In this document: one piece after another, positions 51,075-64,000 of the stretch
How positions within the stretch are numbered: the stretch's first letter is position 1
Layout of the letters: the number at the start of each line of letters is the position of its first letter
Source: Octopus sinensis
Lineage: Eukaryota
Length of the DNA: 64,000 nt
Direction of reading: 5' to 3'
Assembly (NCBI RefSeq): GCF_006345805.1
Contig: NC_042997.1
Coordinates: 18,476,001 to 18,540,000, forward strand
Made by a program: the position numbers and the translations under genes
Notes under the pieces: model-generated
The model's input: the letters and a program-made list of their open reading frames with translations, nothing else
Told to the model about the DNA's origin: nothing
Databases searched by the model: none

Positions 51075-52665
51075 AGCTAGCTAGCTATCTGTTTATCTTT
51101 GTGTGCTCACTTTTCACACGAAAACAACTGCATGAATTAGTACCATATTTGGAGCACAGGAATAATTTGATCTGAGACACAATAATATAGTCTTGATTTA
51201 TATTTTTATTGAAAAATAAATAATATTGTTTTATATATATATGATTCACTTCTTTACTAAATGTACTTTCCCTCACCCTGCTTCCTTCTTCACTCTCTCT
51301 CTCACTTCTCTTCCTTATTCACCCTCCCCCCTTCCTTCTTCACTATTCACTCTCTCTCTCCCCTCTCCTCCTTCCCCTCTCTACCAATAACTCGACTTAT
51401 TTCGATTTTATAATACCTATTTTAATATTTGGGAGGCACATTCCTTATCTAACTTCTCACTGTACTTCCTCTCTTTCTCTCTCTTACTCTATTGGTCTCT
51501 CTTTATTCTGTCAACCATTCTATCTAGTGTTTACCATTGTAACGATTTCTGATACCAAAAACTTTATTACAGCTACTTTCATTGTTTACAATCCTCTGTA
51601 CCAGTGTATTTGTGTATCCGTAAATAACCTTGCCTAGAAGGAAGGTATCAAAGTTGTCTCCATTATCAAGGTCAGCCAAAAGAATGTCTTTGCCGAGGGA
51701 AAGAGAGACAGTTGAAAAAGGGAAGTATGCCAAGAAAGAAACAGACTGTGCACTACAGCAGCCAGAGTGTCTGAGAATGATGAGACAATAGTTGTGCAAA
51801 AAAAAAAAACAGTTGCGTACTGGTGCTGCCTGAGCATCTCAAAGTGCTGAACAGAGTTATGCATACCTGACAAGGAATAGAATCGCTACTGCAGAAGGAA
51901 GAGCAGTTACAAAAGCTCAGAGAAGCAACTTCTATGAAGTAGCTTTCAACTATGATCCAGCTGTTAATTATGCAGGCAACACTAAAATTTCCATTGGTGC
52001 AATGACAACTGAGTGCATACGCTATAAAAGAAAGAAGTGGTCTGGAGAGACACCTGTGCTGTGCTGCTGCAGTGGAAAGGTTAAACTCCTTGCACTTCCC
52101 CAACCTGCAGAGCCACTGAAGAAACTGTTGTCATCAACTGACCAAGATTCTAAGCACTTACAGGACAAAATTCAACAATACATGGCTGCACTACAGATGA
52201 CATCATTTGGAGCCACAAGACAAATAACTGAGCCAGGATTCAGGCAAACTTTTAAGATTCAAGGGCAGATTTATCATCAGATTGGCTCTCTACTACCTCT
52301 GTCAAATGAGTCACCGAAATTCTTGAACCAGAAGAAACTAAAACAAAGCACAAGGTCAATCTCTAAAGGTGATGGGACCTAACCTCCTTCAACCATGCTT
52401 CTCACATGGTCAGCTGTATGTTGGATGTTCTAGAGTTGGAGATGAAAAGAAACTCTACATTTTCAGTGATAAACATGGCAAAATAGAAAACAGAGTATAT
52501 GTAGAAGCACTTACATGAATAATATGTGCATAAGTGTAAAACCATTGAGTGTTCAAAGTAAGTATTACTTTTTGAGAAATACACTAATCTTACACTACAA
52601 GCAAACAGTACTGTGTTAAGGCTATGAGTTTATAATCCAAGTGAAACCAGGTACTTCTGTTTGTA
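51075..52665 (+). mobile_element. Internally deleted Helitron with a Rep N-terminal remnant
   Basis: GETPVLCCCSGKVKL...LQMTSFGA...TFKIQGQIYHQIGSLLP (52002-52330); degenerate 3' hairpin ccaagtgaaaccaggtac near 52640. Confidence 0.85.
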
Positions 52666-52864
52666 TATGTATGAATAAAAACCCAAATTTAGGGAATGGA
52701 GTAGGTAAAATCAAGGCTACATATGTTCCCTAGCTAGCAGGACCCCAGAAGTAGTAATTACACAATGAGAGGTACTCAACAAGCTACTCATCAGGCCAAC
52801 GATACCTTAGTCAAATGAAGGTTACATTGTTGTGAAGGGATCCCATGTTAACTTGTAGGAGATT

Positions 52865-53140
52865 TGATTGAAAATGTGTGTTTTTCTATACATTCTGTGG
52901 ACTGCCTGAAGCTTACTAACTTCCTGCACCTGGATCCATGGATCTTACCTTTATATATAGTATATATGATGATGTTGATGTTGTTGGTGATGATGATGAT
53001 GATGATGATGAGGAGGAGGAGGAGGAGGAGGAGGATGGTCTACAAGCCAAAATTTTGTGTTAAACTTACTAAACCTTAGTAACTAAAGCTAAAGTTCCAT
53101 GGTTATCCACCAGATTATTTTTTTTTTTCTAAAGCCATTG
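52865..53140 (+). repeat. Right copy of the ~270-bp inverted duplication
   Basis: See 49584-49840; differs mainly in (GAT)n/(GAG)n tract length. Confidence 0.9.
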
Positions 53141-56100
53141 ACCTTTGCAGTGACATTTACACTCTGTAAAGGTCTTCATACATTATATGCCCTACCAAGT
53201 GGAGTGAGTCCCTCTTTTGAACCATAGCTGTCATTATTAATTAGCAGGCTAGGCAATGGGCTGGCAGAATCAGTTAAGAATCTGATAAAATGCTTTGGAG
53301 TGTGCAGTTACCATGTTCTGAGTTCAAATCCTGTCATAGTCATTTTTGTCTTTCTCTTTTTGGTTAGATAATATAAAGTCCAAATCAAGAACTGAGGTTG
53401 ATATAATTAACTGTTCTCTCTTTCAAAATTTCTAGCTTTATGTCTATGTTAGAAATTATTGTTAATTACCAACCAGAAAATTGTATGCTTTGAAGAATAA
53501 AAGAAGTGAAATTACTCAAGCAGGAAATAAATCTGTGTTGCAGACTCATCTTGCTGGGAGCTCTTACCTGTATGTTATTCAGAAAACACTTTCGCAATCC
53601 TTTTCAAATCATATTTCTTCGTTGGTTAATAATCCGTAAATTTAACAATGTCATAGCTGTTCACTAATCCTGTTGGCCTTGAAGCTATTTGTTTTATAAT
53701 GGGCTTGATGTTTCTTTGAAAACATGAACAATTCCATTAATATTTTATAAGGAATAATGTATTTATTTCAAGAAAATCACCTATCAGACAGGAAGTTAAT
53801 TCAAAATAATGCCATTATTTTTACACAATTTAAATTAATCACTCTGAATTGTTTGCATGAAAACAGCTTAATTTTGCTTGTACTTTTTTGTTTTGAATTT
53901 TTTTTCTTCTTTTCAAAAATTTCTTCATTTGTTTTAATTGCTTTGAGGGTTAATTATGCATTCACATGTAAAGATACAAACAAGCATGAAAATGAAATTG
54001 AGAAAAAGAGAAAAATAAACTATAAACTTGTATTAGTATTGTTATTTTTGGATGCAATAGTAAAATTAGATTTCATTAGAAGATTGAATTATGAAGATTA
54101 TGTTTGTAGTAATAATGATTTCTAACATAGGTATAATTTTAGGTGTGGTGGAGTTGTCTTTTATCGATCCCCAATACTTGGCTGGTATTTTGTTTTATTG
54201 AACAAGAAAAGATGAAAGGTGAAGTTAATTCTGGTGGAATATTAAGTTAGAATACTACAAGACATTTTCTCTTTATTGATTCCACCAATCTGTGACCATT
54301 GTAAGCATCAAAGGTACTTTAAGGTGATCATTTGCCAGCTAGGAATAGCAATCAAATCTACCATGTATCACACAAACCATAATGTGATCCTGGATATATT
54401 GACTGTAACAAAATAAATAAAAAAAAAAAACTTTGAAGAAAATTGGGATGATCATGACTGCAAAATCTTTTTAGAGCTGTTTGATTAAAGTGACCTGGAG
54501 CTATACGATAACAAGTCCGGTATTTACTTGTCTGGTATTGACTTGGGAAGAATAAAAGGCAAAGTTGATATCAGTGATAGTTGATCTCTTAGTGTTAAGT
54601 TCCTCAACTTAATATCATAAAATAATGAAGTCTACAGTGATTTTGTCAAAGTATGGAAACCATGTCTATGATTTTAAGAAGGGAAAGAAATTCAAAGCTG
54701 TGCACAATAGGATCACTGATGGTTGCAGGCTAGATTAAAAAGTAATAGGCTTGTAACTACTAATGATTAGCCACAGGTCAATCACGATACAGGTTACATA
54801 AAATCAAAGATGTTCCAACCAACAACATCGCAATATTTCAAGCATTGTTTTCTTTTTAGCCCCAGGCCAGCTTGATCAAGCAGAGCACAGACATTGCAGC
54901 CTTAAACATCTTCTCCTTTTTTATTATAAACCTTATTGAAACTTTATTGAAAATTACACTGTTCAAATTAACCTCTAATATGGTAGGATGTGATTTGAGG
55001 GAAATTGGCTGCTACTTTTAATAGGTTGATTGAGGTTCTTTATTGGCTCATTAGGCTGGTAGATTTGGTAGGCATATTTTAATAAGATAGGATGTGATCT
55101 GAGGGAATTTAGCTGCTATTTCTAACAAGCTTTTTGAGGTCCCTTATCAGCTCAATGGGCTGGCAGTTTATGAGTCAGTGATTCTGTGAATGGGACTTCA
55201 TGCTAAAGGGAATTATCGTGTGTTGACAGAAATAAAGTTTGAAATTGAAATGGATAGCGAATATGACAGGTTTGTGCAGAGAATTTATACTTATGGACCT
55301 GCTGAGTGCAGGAAAATGGATGAGGTCTTCAGAAAAGTACTTGATAAAACTATTTGTTTTATCAACTACAGAAAGGTGGAAGATGAAACTGACATGATGT
55401 GATATGATATTTGAAATCAAAGTGTAAGACCCCAGAAATAGATACTTTGGAAAATAACTAATTAATTGAATTTTCTGTCTTAAATGGAGAAAGAAAATAT
55501 AAACCTAGTGGCAATTGTTCAGAACTCTGAAAAATGGAACATAATTTAAAGAAATCAAAATTAATTTCTCAAATCTAATTTACATATTTAAGATAAAGAA
55601 TGCTTGTTCTTTGATATGTTTCAGTCTGTTAGATCTCAGTAGCAGAGCATAGTCTACTCACATATATGGTAGAGTGGATTTTATGTTTTGGTGAACCCAA
55701 GACCTACTTTTGCAGACCCTAGCTTCATTTCCTGGTTGGTCTCATTTAATTTGTATCGCTAATGCTCCTGGGTAAAATATGAATAACAAAACTCCTATCC
55801 TTTATTAATTAATACTTGTGATAAAGATAATTCAGGAAATTGATTCCAAGTATAGAATTTGCTTGATATGAATATTGATCTGGTGCATTTTTTTCTAAAC
55901 GTTCATGATGATAATATTTCTGTGATATGATATTACCAAACTTTCAGAGTAACCAAGTAAAATTCTTCAACTTTTGTAATTATATGAAACACATTAAAAA
56001 AAAAGGGGGAGAAAAAAGCATTAAAAATGTATGAATTCAACCTAATGCAAAAAAATTATCTAAAGAATTTTTATTTATCAGCTCAGAGTCTTTAAACATA

Positions 56101-57311
56101 ACCTCTCATCTATGTTTTCAAAATGTATGGTGAGGGGAGGAAATTAAAAATAAAATATTGTAGAAAAAAAATACATAGAAAATTTCAACCAGCATTTATA
56201 AAATTTCCCAAAGGAAAAAAAATTAATAGTCTTTCAGTTTGTTTTTGTTTTTAATATTTCTGTAATATATTGATTTTTGTGGTGAAATTGGATGTGGTTA
56301 TTTCTTTACATGATTATTTCAATTTCAGTTTAGAAAGATTATCACTTACTTGTTGAAAGTAGCGATAGCATATAGTTTCAACAAGAAAATTTGAAAACTT
56401 CTTTCAAGTCTAATTTTTATATTTATTACCGTGTTTTTGCTAATGATTTATTCTTTTTTTCTTTTTCAAAATAATAAAACCAATAAAAGATGGCCCCAAA
56501 TAATATATTTCTTTGGGGAATAATATTCTCATAGGTACTTAAACCATGAACCAAAGTAACAAGTTTAAAGCATTAACAAGTTTTGTTTTAACTTATGTTT
56601 TGAAGACAAAAAGAAATTAATTATATTTATTGCTCCTATACTAGTAGATATTAATAATTATGTGCTTCCTATAAATTCGTTAAATTGACGAGTTGTAATG
56701 CAGTAAATACAGATCAATAAAAATACACAACAAATAAACTAAATTTGAATTTTAAACATAATCCTAGACAAAGCTTTTCAACTCTAATGTTCACAAAAAT
56801 ATTAAATTTCTCTACTAATAAAACAAAATAGTTTTAAAAGTATTTTTAGAACTATCATCTTCAGTGGCTTCTTTGAAATACATCGAAACCAAATATAGTT
56901 TTCTGAAGTACAAAACTTCTAAGATAAACATACAGCATATATGGGCATATGTATAGTTATTATAACGTAATTTACTGAAATTACTCAGGGATTCCATCTT
57001 GCAAGTAGAACAATAGTCAAGTAAGAGTTCATGTATGAAATATTATGAGCATTAAAAAGCTAATGCAAAATAATTGTTGGTGAGGAAAAAATAGTATTAG
57101 TCAATGACTAATACTGTTTTAATTATAATAACATGTACGAAGATATACATCTACTTAGTATTTTTTTCTGTAAGTATAGTGATGTTTCTGTTTTGCTTTG
57201 AGATCTCCTAACAATACTGAGACATATCTGGAGTTGTCTCAAGATTTGAGGAGATTGTTGTCACCAAACTGCAAGTTGACATTCCTGCTAATTAAATTAG
57301 CATATACTAAC

Positions 57312-57385
57312 TCAGTGGTTCTAAACCTGTGGTCTGTGGATCCCTGGTGGTCTGCAAAGATAGTACTGGGGGCCTGTGAACTAAA
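57312..57385 (+). mobile_element. hAT-like terminus fragment
   Basis: cagtggttctaaacctgtggtctgtggatccctgg resembles the hAT CAGTGGTTCTCAACC terminus; no partner end found. Confidence 0.5.
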
Positions 57386-57903
57386 TTCAATACTTCACAC
57401 ACACACACACTCACACACACACACACACACACATGCACATATATATATTAGAAGGTTTGGAGATGATGTACAGGTATATATTAGAAGAAATGAAGTACTC
57501 AGAAATCTGGATGGTTTTATATTTACAGATATTTATTAATATGTCACATGTTTTTATAAATCATATATTAGCACTTGCGTCCACTCTAGTGGAGTCATCA
57601 GATTGAACATTTTCAGGAATTTTGTCTCTTTTTATAGTATTATTGAGTGTGTAGGGGTGGAGAGAAATATAAGATAGTACAAGAGGGTGAGGAATGGGGA
57701 GAAAGTGAGAGTGTGTGTGTGTGTGCTTTTGTATCTGAAAGAGGTGTCAATGGAATAGAGAAGGAAAGAAAGAAGGAGGAGAGAAAGAAGAAAAAATGTG
57801 TTGACATCTATGCAGCTGGTCAGTCTTTCAATAGTAAATGATTCTTGGCTTTTAGAAATGGCAAACCCAGTTGGTCACTTCAATGCTCATCCTTGTGTGT
57901 ATG

Positions 57904-57936
<33 letters not shown>

Positions 57937-59679
57937 ATGTATATATATATACACATAAGGATGAGCATATTAAAAGGGTCAGTGGGAAAACTCATTTGAT
58001 TGAAAGGGTTAGGAGCCACTGCAATAACTTGACGACAACAATAATATCAGTCACTCCCTAATTTTATCTTTTCCTCATAATATAATTATTTCTTGTTAGT
58101 TTTGCAATATTTACTGTTATACATTGAGTTATTAACTTAACTATTGTTTATGTAGATAGTGTCCCCGAGGAATTTCTTTCAATAATCTATTCTCTTAAAT
58201 ATGTTACTTTCCACACCTACTTATGTATAGTATTGAGCTCCTACAAAGTGTTTCTATTGTCGCTGTGGCAGCTGATATTGTGTGTTCTGTGTTTTTCTAA
58301 AGAGAATTAATAAAACCAAGAATTCTTTGGAATTCTCTTCTGCACTTGCCAGAATAATTCAAATAACATAAACCATTGACTGATGTAGTAATTTATTTAT
58401 TTCCTAATTATTTAAAACTATCCTTTTAACTGTCCATGCATTGCACATGATAATCATTAACTTGACTTACTCTAAAGTTATTAATTCAATACTTCAAAAC
58501 AGTTTTATTTTCCTCTGATTCTGTGGGACTTGATTTGCCTGTTTGATGCCTGCTTCCATTTGTTTTCTTGCTTAACCCTTTAGTGTTTAAACCGGCCCTA
58601 TCCAGCCAAAATATTCTACCTGTTTTATGTTCAAACTAGTCAGGTATGGTCATTCATAGCTACCTTATTGTGTCATTTTAAAAAATAAACAATCACATCA
58701 TTGAAATCTCAAAGCCATGAAATGATGTAAGATTAATTTTACATGGTGTGAATACATAAGCTTTACATTTGACAGAATAATCTGAATGCTGAAGGGTTAA
58801 ATGGTTAGCTGTAGAAAGAGCATTTTTTACAATATTCTGTAAAAAGCAAAAAGTTTCTCTAACAAATACAAATGTTCAAATTTATCTTGAACTGCAAAAA
58901 AAAAAAAATAAAAAATAAAATAACCTCCATTTCTTCTCTCATAAGGGATGAAATGGATTCTGTTTGTTGTTTGTAGTTAAAGTAACGATATAATGAATTA
59001 GCTTTTTTTTTCTCCTATAGATATTTGTTTACTTTTTGAAGAGATGAGTAAAAGGATAGCTAATGATCTTGTTCTCACATAACTTTATAATGAATGAATG
59101 AATAATAAACACGAAGTAGGTAACTGGGTCAAATATCTTATGGACTGAAATCAGAAGAGATCATTTGTTTGGAAATAATGGTAAATATGAATGAAGACAT
59201 TATTTATTATTTATTCTGAGGATAGACAATCTTCATTGTTATAGGTGTGTAGCTGGAAGGGAAATGAGACCTGAAAGATAAAGTTCTAAGACTATCTAAT
59301 TATGTAAAAGAAGACATGACACAATGTTTAGTATCGGATATTAGCATGTGATTGAGTGTGTTGATAGAAGAGAGTTATTCAACTACAAGGAAAGATATAA
59401 ATCAGAAATTCAAATGGTTAGAGGCCATTGTCAGAGTATTAGATTAAACAGAATGAGTATGAAATCTGACAATGGGAAAATGACAAGTATTACTGAATGA
59501 AAGCTGGTCTATCATATGTCTATGTGTATGTCTTTTACAGCATTGATTATGAGTGTATGTTGTTCTTGATTAGTTCCAGGTTAATTCAAATGCATTCCAA
59601 CCATGACTGTTCAGTTTCTTCTATATGATCATCTAGGACCACATTATCTAATGTATATATATATATATATCGCTAGCAA

Positions 59680-59800
59680 CTACACATTCTTTATTTTCTC
59701 TCCTTATTTCTTTCTGTGTTCCTTTCTGTGGAAGAGTATAGGCCCAAAATGTTAAAGACTTTTTCACTTCCCGAGCATTATATTAATACATCTGTTTATA
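59680..59800 (+). mobile_element. Decayed solo pseudo-LTR of the 3.0-kb Penelope family (dead hammerhead at 59721-59760)
   Basis: cctttctgtggaagagtataggcccaaaatgttaaagac versus cctttctgttgaagagcataggctcgaaacgtaaaagac. Confidence 0.7.
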
Positions 59801-60821
59801 TATCTTCATTCAAGATGGATAAAAAATAAACAAAACAGAACCTGCACCCAATAAACAGACTAACTCTATTCCACACCACATATAAACTAAGCAAACCCAA
59901 ACCAAATCCACAATCTATAAATACAGCACCGATCCGGAATTTGTCACAAAATGAAACTACTGCAAAATTTGATGCATTTTAATTTTCAGTTTGGTAAGCT
60001 GGAAGGCTGTATCAGACTCCAGTCTGATTTGGCATAGTTTCCTACAACAGTGGCACATAAAAGCACCCATTGCACTCTCAGAGTGGCTAGCATCAGGAAA
60101 AGCTATATATATGTATATATATATATATAAAAACGAGTGTAAACAATATTTTTGACATTTTTAAGCTTTAGTACAGGTGTTTCAATGTGTTAGGAGCTCA
60201 TTTCTTTGTTATTTCAGCACAAAACTGTTTCCTGTGTTACTTATTTTGTAATGTAGCTTGGACACTGCATTTTAGCCTTTCTCCAGATGTGGTGACTGAA
60301 TTCATAGCATATAGGGAAATGAGTTTAATGTGGAACTAATTGCTGAGCTCTCTAAATTTACCTGTATTGTGTAATGCAGGCTAGTACACTACTCATTCCA
60401 TATATGCTTGTGTGTATGCGTTTGTGTGTATGAGTATGTATGTGTGTATTTGAGTGCGTGTGTGTGTGTGTATGCATATATTTAAATAAATACATGGAAT
60501 ATAAAAGTAGACAGAAAAGATGTTGTAGGTGATTACCAACGGGATCAGAATGTTATGACTGCTGTAAATCATATAGCCGTGCAAACTACTACACCAAGTG
60601 ATACCACAATTTGACCATCCAAATTAAGAAACCTAACCTAATTAGTTAAGATTATGCATATCTGTAGCCAATCAACATGTGCCTCACATCCTACTGTACC
60701 ACACTATGCCATTACAAATTAGTATATGTGTGTGTGTACGTGTGTGTGCGTGTCGGTATATACATAGGTACGTACGTACGTACGTACATACATACATACA
60801 TACATACATACATACATACAT

Positions 60822-60855
<34 letters not shown>

Positions 60856-60964
60856 GCAGGCATCCATATATAAGTGTATATATATAGAGATAAAGTATTA
60901 GAGAAGTGGTGTAGTATACTTTCCTATTAAGAATGGTTTCCAATTTTGCCACAAGGGCAGCCCT

Positions 60965-61500
60965 TTTAGAGGAGGGGATAATTCGATTACATCGACTCTA
61001 GTATTTTACTGGTACTTAATTTATCGATCCCCGAAAGGATGAAAAGCAATGTTGACCTCAGTGGAATTTGAACTCAGAATGTAACGACTGACGAAATACC
61101 TATTTCTTTACTACTCACAAGGGGCTAAACACAGAGAGGACAAACAAGGACAGACAAATGGATTAAGTCGGTTATATCGACCCCAGTGCGTAACTGGTAC
61201 TTATTTAATCGACCCTGAAAGGATGAAAGGCAAAGTCGACCTCGGCGGAATTTGAACTCAGAACGTAGCGGCAGATGAAATACCTATTTCTTTACTACCC
61301 ACAAGAGGACAAACAAGGACAGACAAACGGATTAAGTCGATTATATTGACCCCAGTGCGTAACTGGTACTTAATTTATCGACCCCGAAAGGATAAAAGGT
61401 AAAGTCGACCTCAGTGGAATTTGAACTCAGCATGTACCGACTGACGAAATACCGCTAAGCATTTCGCCCGGCGTGCTTAGCAATTCTGCCAGCTCACTGC
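60965..61500 (-). mobile_element. Head-to-tail trimer of SINE family A (one head, three cores)
   Basis: Core actggtactta...gaaaggatgaaag...gtcgacctc...gaatttgaactcag occurs three times; the head occurs only at 61450-61500. Confidence 0.9.
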
Positions 61501-62087
61501 CATGACTGCTATTAAGAATGTCAAAAATTATATTGGAAATTAGGAGTTAAAAACAAGATATGTGATGAATACTAGTCGAGGAAACTAAAAATATCTGACT
61601 GCTATTTCTAGCAGATTCTATGAACATAAAGGTATTCCTGCAGTAAATATCTGGGTAGGATATCTAGTCCTTTTCTATATCAAGGAGAAAAATTATTGTG
61701 TTTGCAGAAACAAAGATTGAAATGTAAATCGAAATCGAATTTTACAGGCTTGTATACAGGAGCACTACTTACCGAACTACATGGTATAGGAGAGGGTGGT
61801 TGTAGAATTCAGCAAAGTTTGATGAAATTCATTTGGCTACAGGACAAAATCTTCGGTTGCAGTCATAAAGAATTCAGAACTAACTGAGAGTGTGTCATGC
61901 AAAGGCACTTTTTACAGTTTTCAATGATACTCTTGCACGAACAGAACTTGGAAATGAATGCCTTCCAGCCATTATCGATGATAAATTACTTCCAGTTATT
62001 TTAGGGTGTGATATTTTTTGTATGGCAACAACACAGTCTCCACTGAACCATTTGAGGGGTGTTGCTAGATTATAAGCTAAGTAGCTG

Positions 62088-62133
<46 letters not shown>

Positions 62134-62419
62134 CTTCTCTCTCTCGCACACACATACACACACAGGTACGCACTCACATTTATGCACATATATATGCATG
62201 TGTGTAACTGTATCTGCATATATACTTATATAAATATGTATATACATATATACTTATATATGTATGTAAGTATGCAAGCATGCATGTGTGTACGCATGCA
62301 TGTTGGAATATATGTATTTGTGTAATATCTATATCATATATCTTTGTGTTGTAATCATATGTAACAGACCATTTTACGTTCACCTTTTTCCGTTTTGCAA
62401 CTTTTCTCGTGTCAGACAA

Positions 62420-62562
<143 letters not shown>

Positions 62563-62951
62563 AAAAACGAAAATTAATGGACTGTAAAGTTCCATGAGAA
62601 ATTGCCAGGCTGTAGAAACTGCACAGAGGGACAAGAATTATTCCTCAAGGCAATAATTTGGTTTAATAATCCTTCACATTCCACTGCTCATTGGTCAATA
62701 TAGAACGTCTCATTTACCACAGATTTTCGCCAACCTTTTCAATGCACAGATGTCACAGCTTAAGGTGGAAAAGAGATGAATATAAAAAAACATTCAAAAT
62801 TAGGAAGAGAGAGAAAATAATACAGAAGAGAGAATTACAAAAAAAAGGAGAGATTGTTTTTTTATTTTCTAAATTCTCCAATTTCCTTCACATTCTATAA
62901 GATCTTTACTCACATCCCTGACATAAACGTAATATAAAAAAGCATATTTTA

Positions 62952-62954
<3 letters not shown>

Positions 62955-63034
<80 letters not shown>

Positions 63035-63602
63035 GTATATAAATGTGTGAGTGTGTGTGTGTGTATAATTTAAATGTCTGTAAAAGTGTATGGCAGCTAA
63101 GTAATATTAACGAACACATAAAAGTATAGATATATCTGCTATCTTTGATATTGAGCACATGTATATGCACATATGCACACACAACCTTTATATACTCATT
63201 TGACATGCCCATAAAATATCTGTATGTCTATATAAGTATGTGTATGTGTAAATGTGCGTACATTATATAGATATATATGTGTGTGTGTATATATATACAT
63301 ACACACATACATGCGTACATCATACACATATATACGCATGTATTTATATGCATACGTGCATACAGACATGCACACGTGCATGCATACATACATACATACA
63401 TACATACATACATACATACATAGATACATACATGCATACATACACACTTACATACATATATATATGTATATATATACATATACATATATATATATACATA
63501 TACATATATACATATATATATACATATACATATATATATACACATATACATATATATATATACATATACATATATACATATACATATATATATATTATAT
63601 AC

Positions 63603-63647
<45 letters not shown>

Positions 63648-63652
63648 CATAC

Positions 63653-63687
<35 letters not shown>

Positions 63688-63700
63688 TACATAAATATAT
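62955..63700. repeat. (TA)n/(CATA)n/(TACA)n compound microsatellite region
   Basis: Direct inspection; source of many spurious YIYI/HTHT ORFs. Confidence 0.9.
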
Positions 63701-64000
63701 GTGTGCGTGTTACGTATAAATATATTTGTTTTTTTCTTTCAAAATTAATGGCACCTTTAGTTTTGAATTCGAAGACAAGACTGTCTTACGATTTGATATA
63801 TCTTGACGAACTTTACTATCTGTTGCAGTTAAGTATATTAAAATTTCTCGACAAATTTTTCCCTATGGAGGAATTCAATGCTCAGCTTGGTACAGCCTAC
63901 CTAATATCGTATTATATATTCTCACAGTTGGTAAAAATGGGCTCAAATGGACTACAACTCTTCTTCTCACTCAGCAAGAAATGATTTTAACCACCACCTA

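Noticed and set aside
60965-61500. CRISPR-like or satellite array
   Set aside because: The units are SINE cores without unique spacers, in a eukaryotic context
63928-64000. Possible plus-strand exon at the window edge (ttctcacag acceptor)
   Set aside because: It is truncated by the window and two frames are open, so it cannot be supported

Overview
AT-rich, repeat-saturated eukaryotic DNA. The SINE, LINE and Penelope families and the dense (TA)n/(CA)n/(TTA)n tracts resemble octopus (coleoid cephalopod) sequence; this is inferred from recalled repeat consensuses, not from a database search. Most ORF-track entries are translated microsatellites. The window holds decayed Penelope-like elements (RT + GIY-YIG), RTE-, R4/Dong- and CRE-type LINE fragments, several SINE families, Helitron pieces, a pogo/Tigger-like element, and a full-length but dead Chapaev3-like DNA transposon (7787-10116) nested in an RTE fragment. 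Short minus-strand exons between about 44.4 and 30.3 kb can be spliced into an unidentified protein; one exon carries a 7-nt frameshifting duplication. The most unusual signals are (i) several distinct minimal type-I hammerhead ribozyme motifs in Penelope-type terminal repeats, each family with its own palindromic stem III, and (ii) many long fold-back inverted duplications, clustered at 46.4-53.1 kb, some containing or pointing at hammerhead cores. All coordinates and base-pairing were read by eye.
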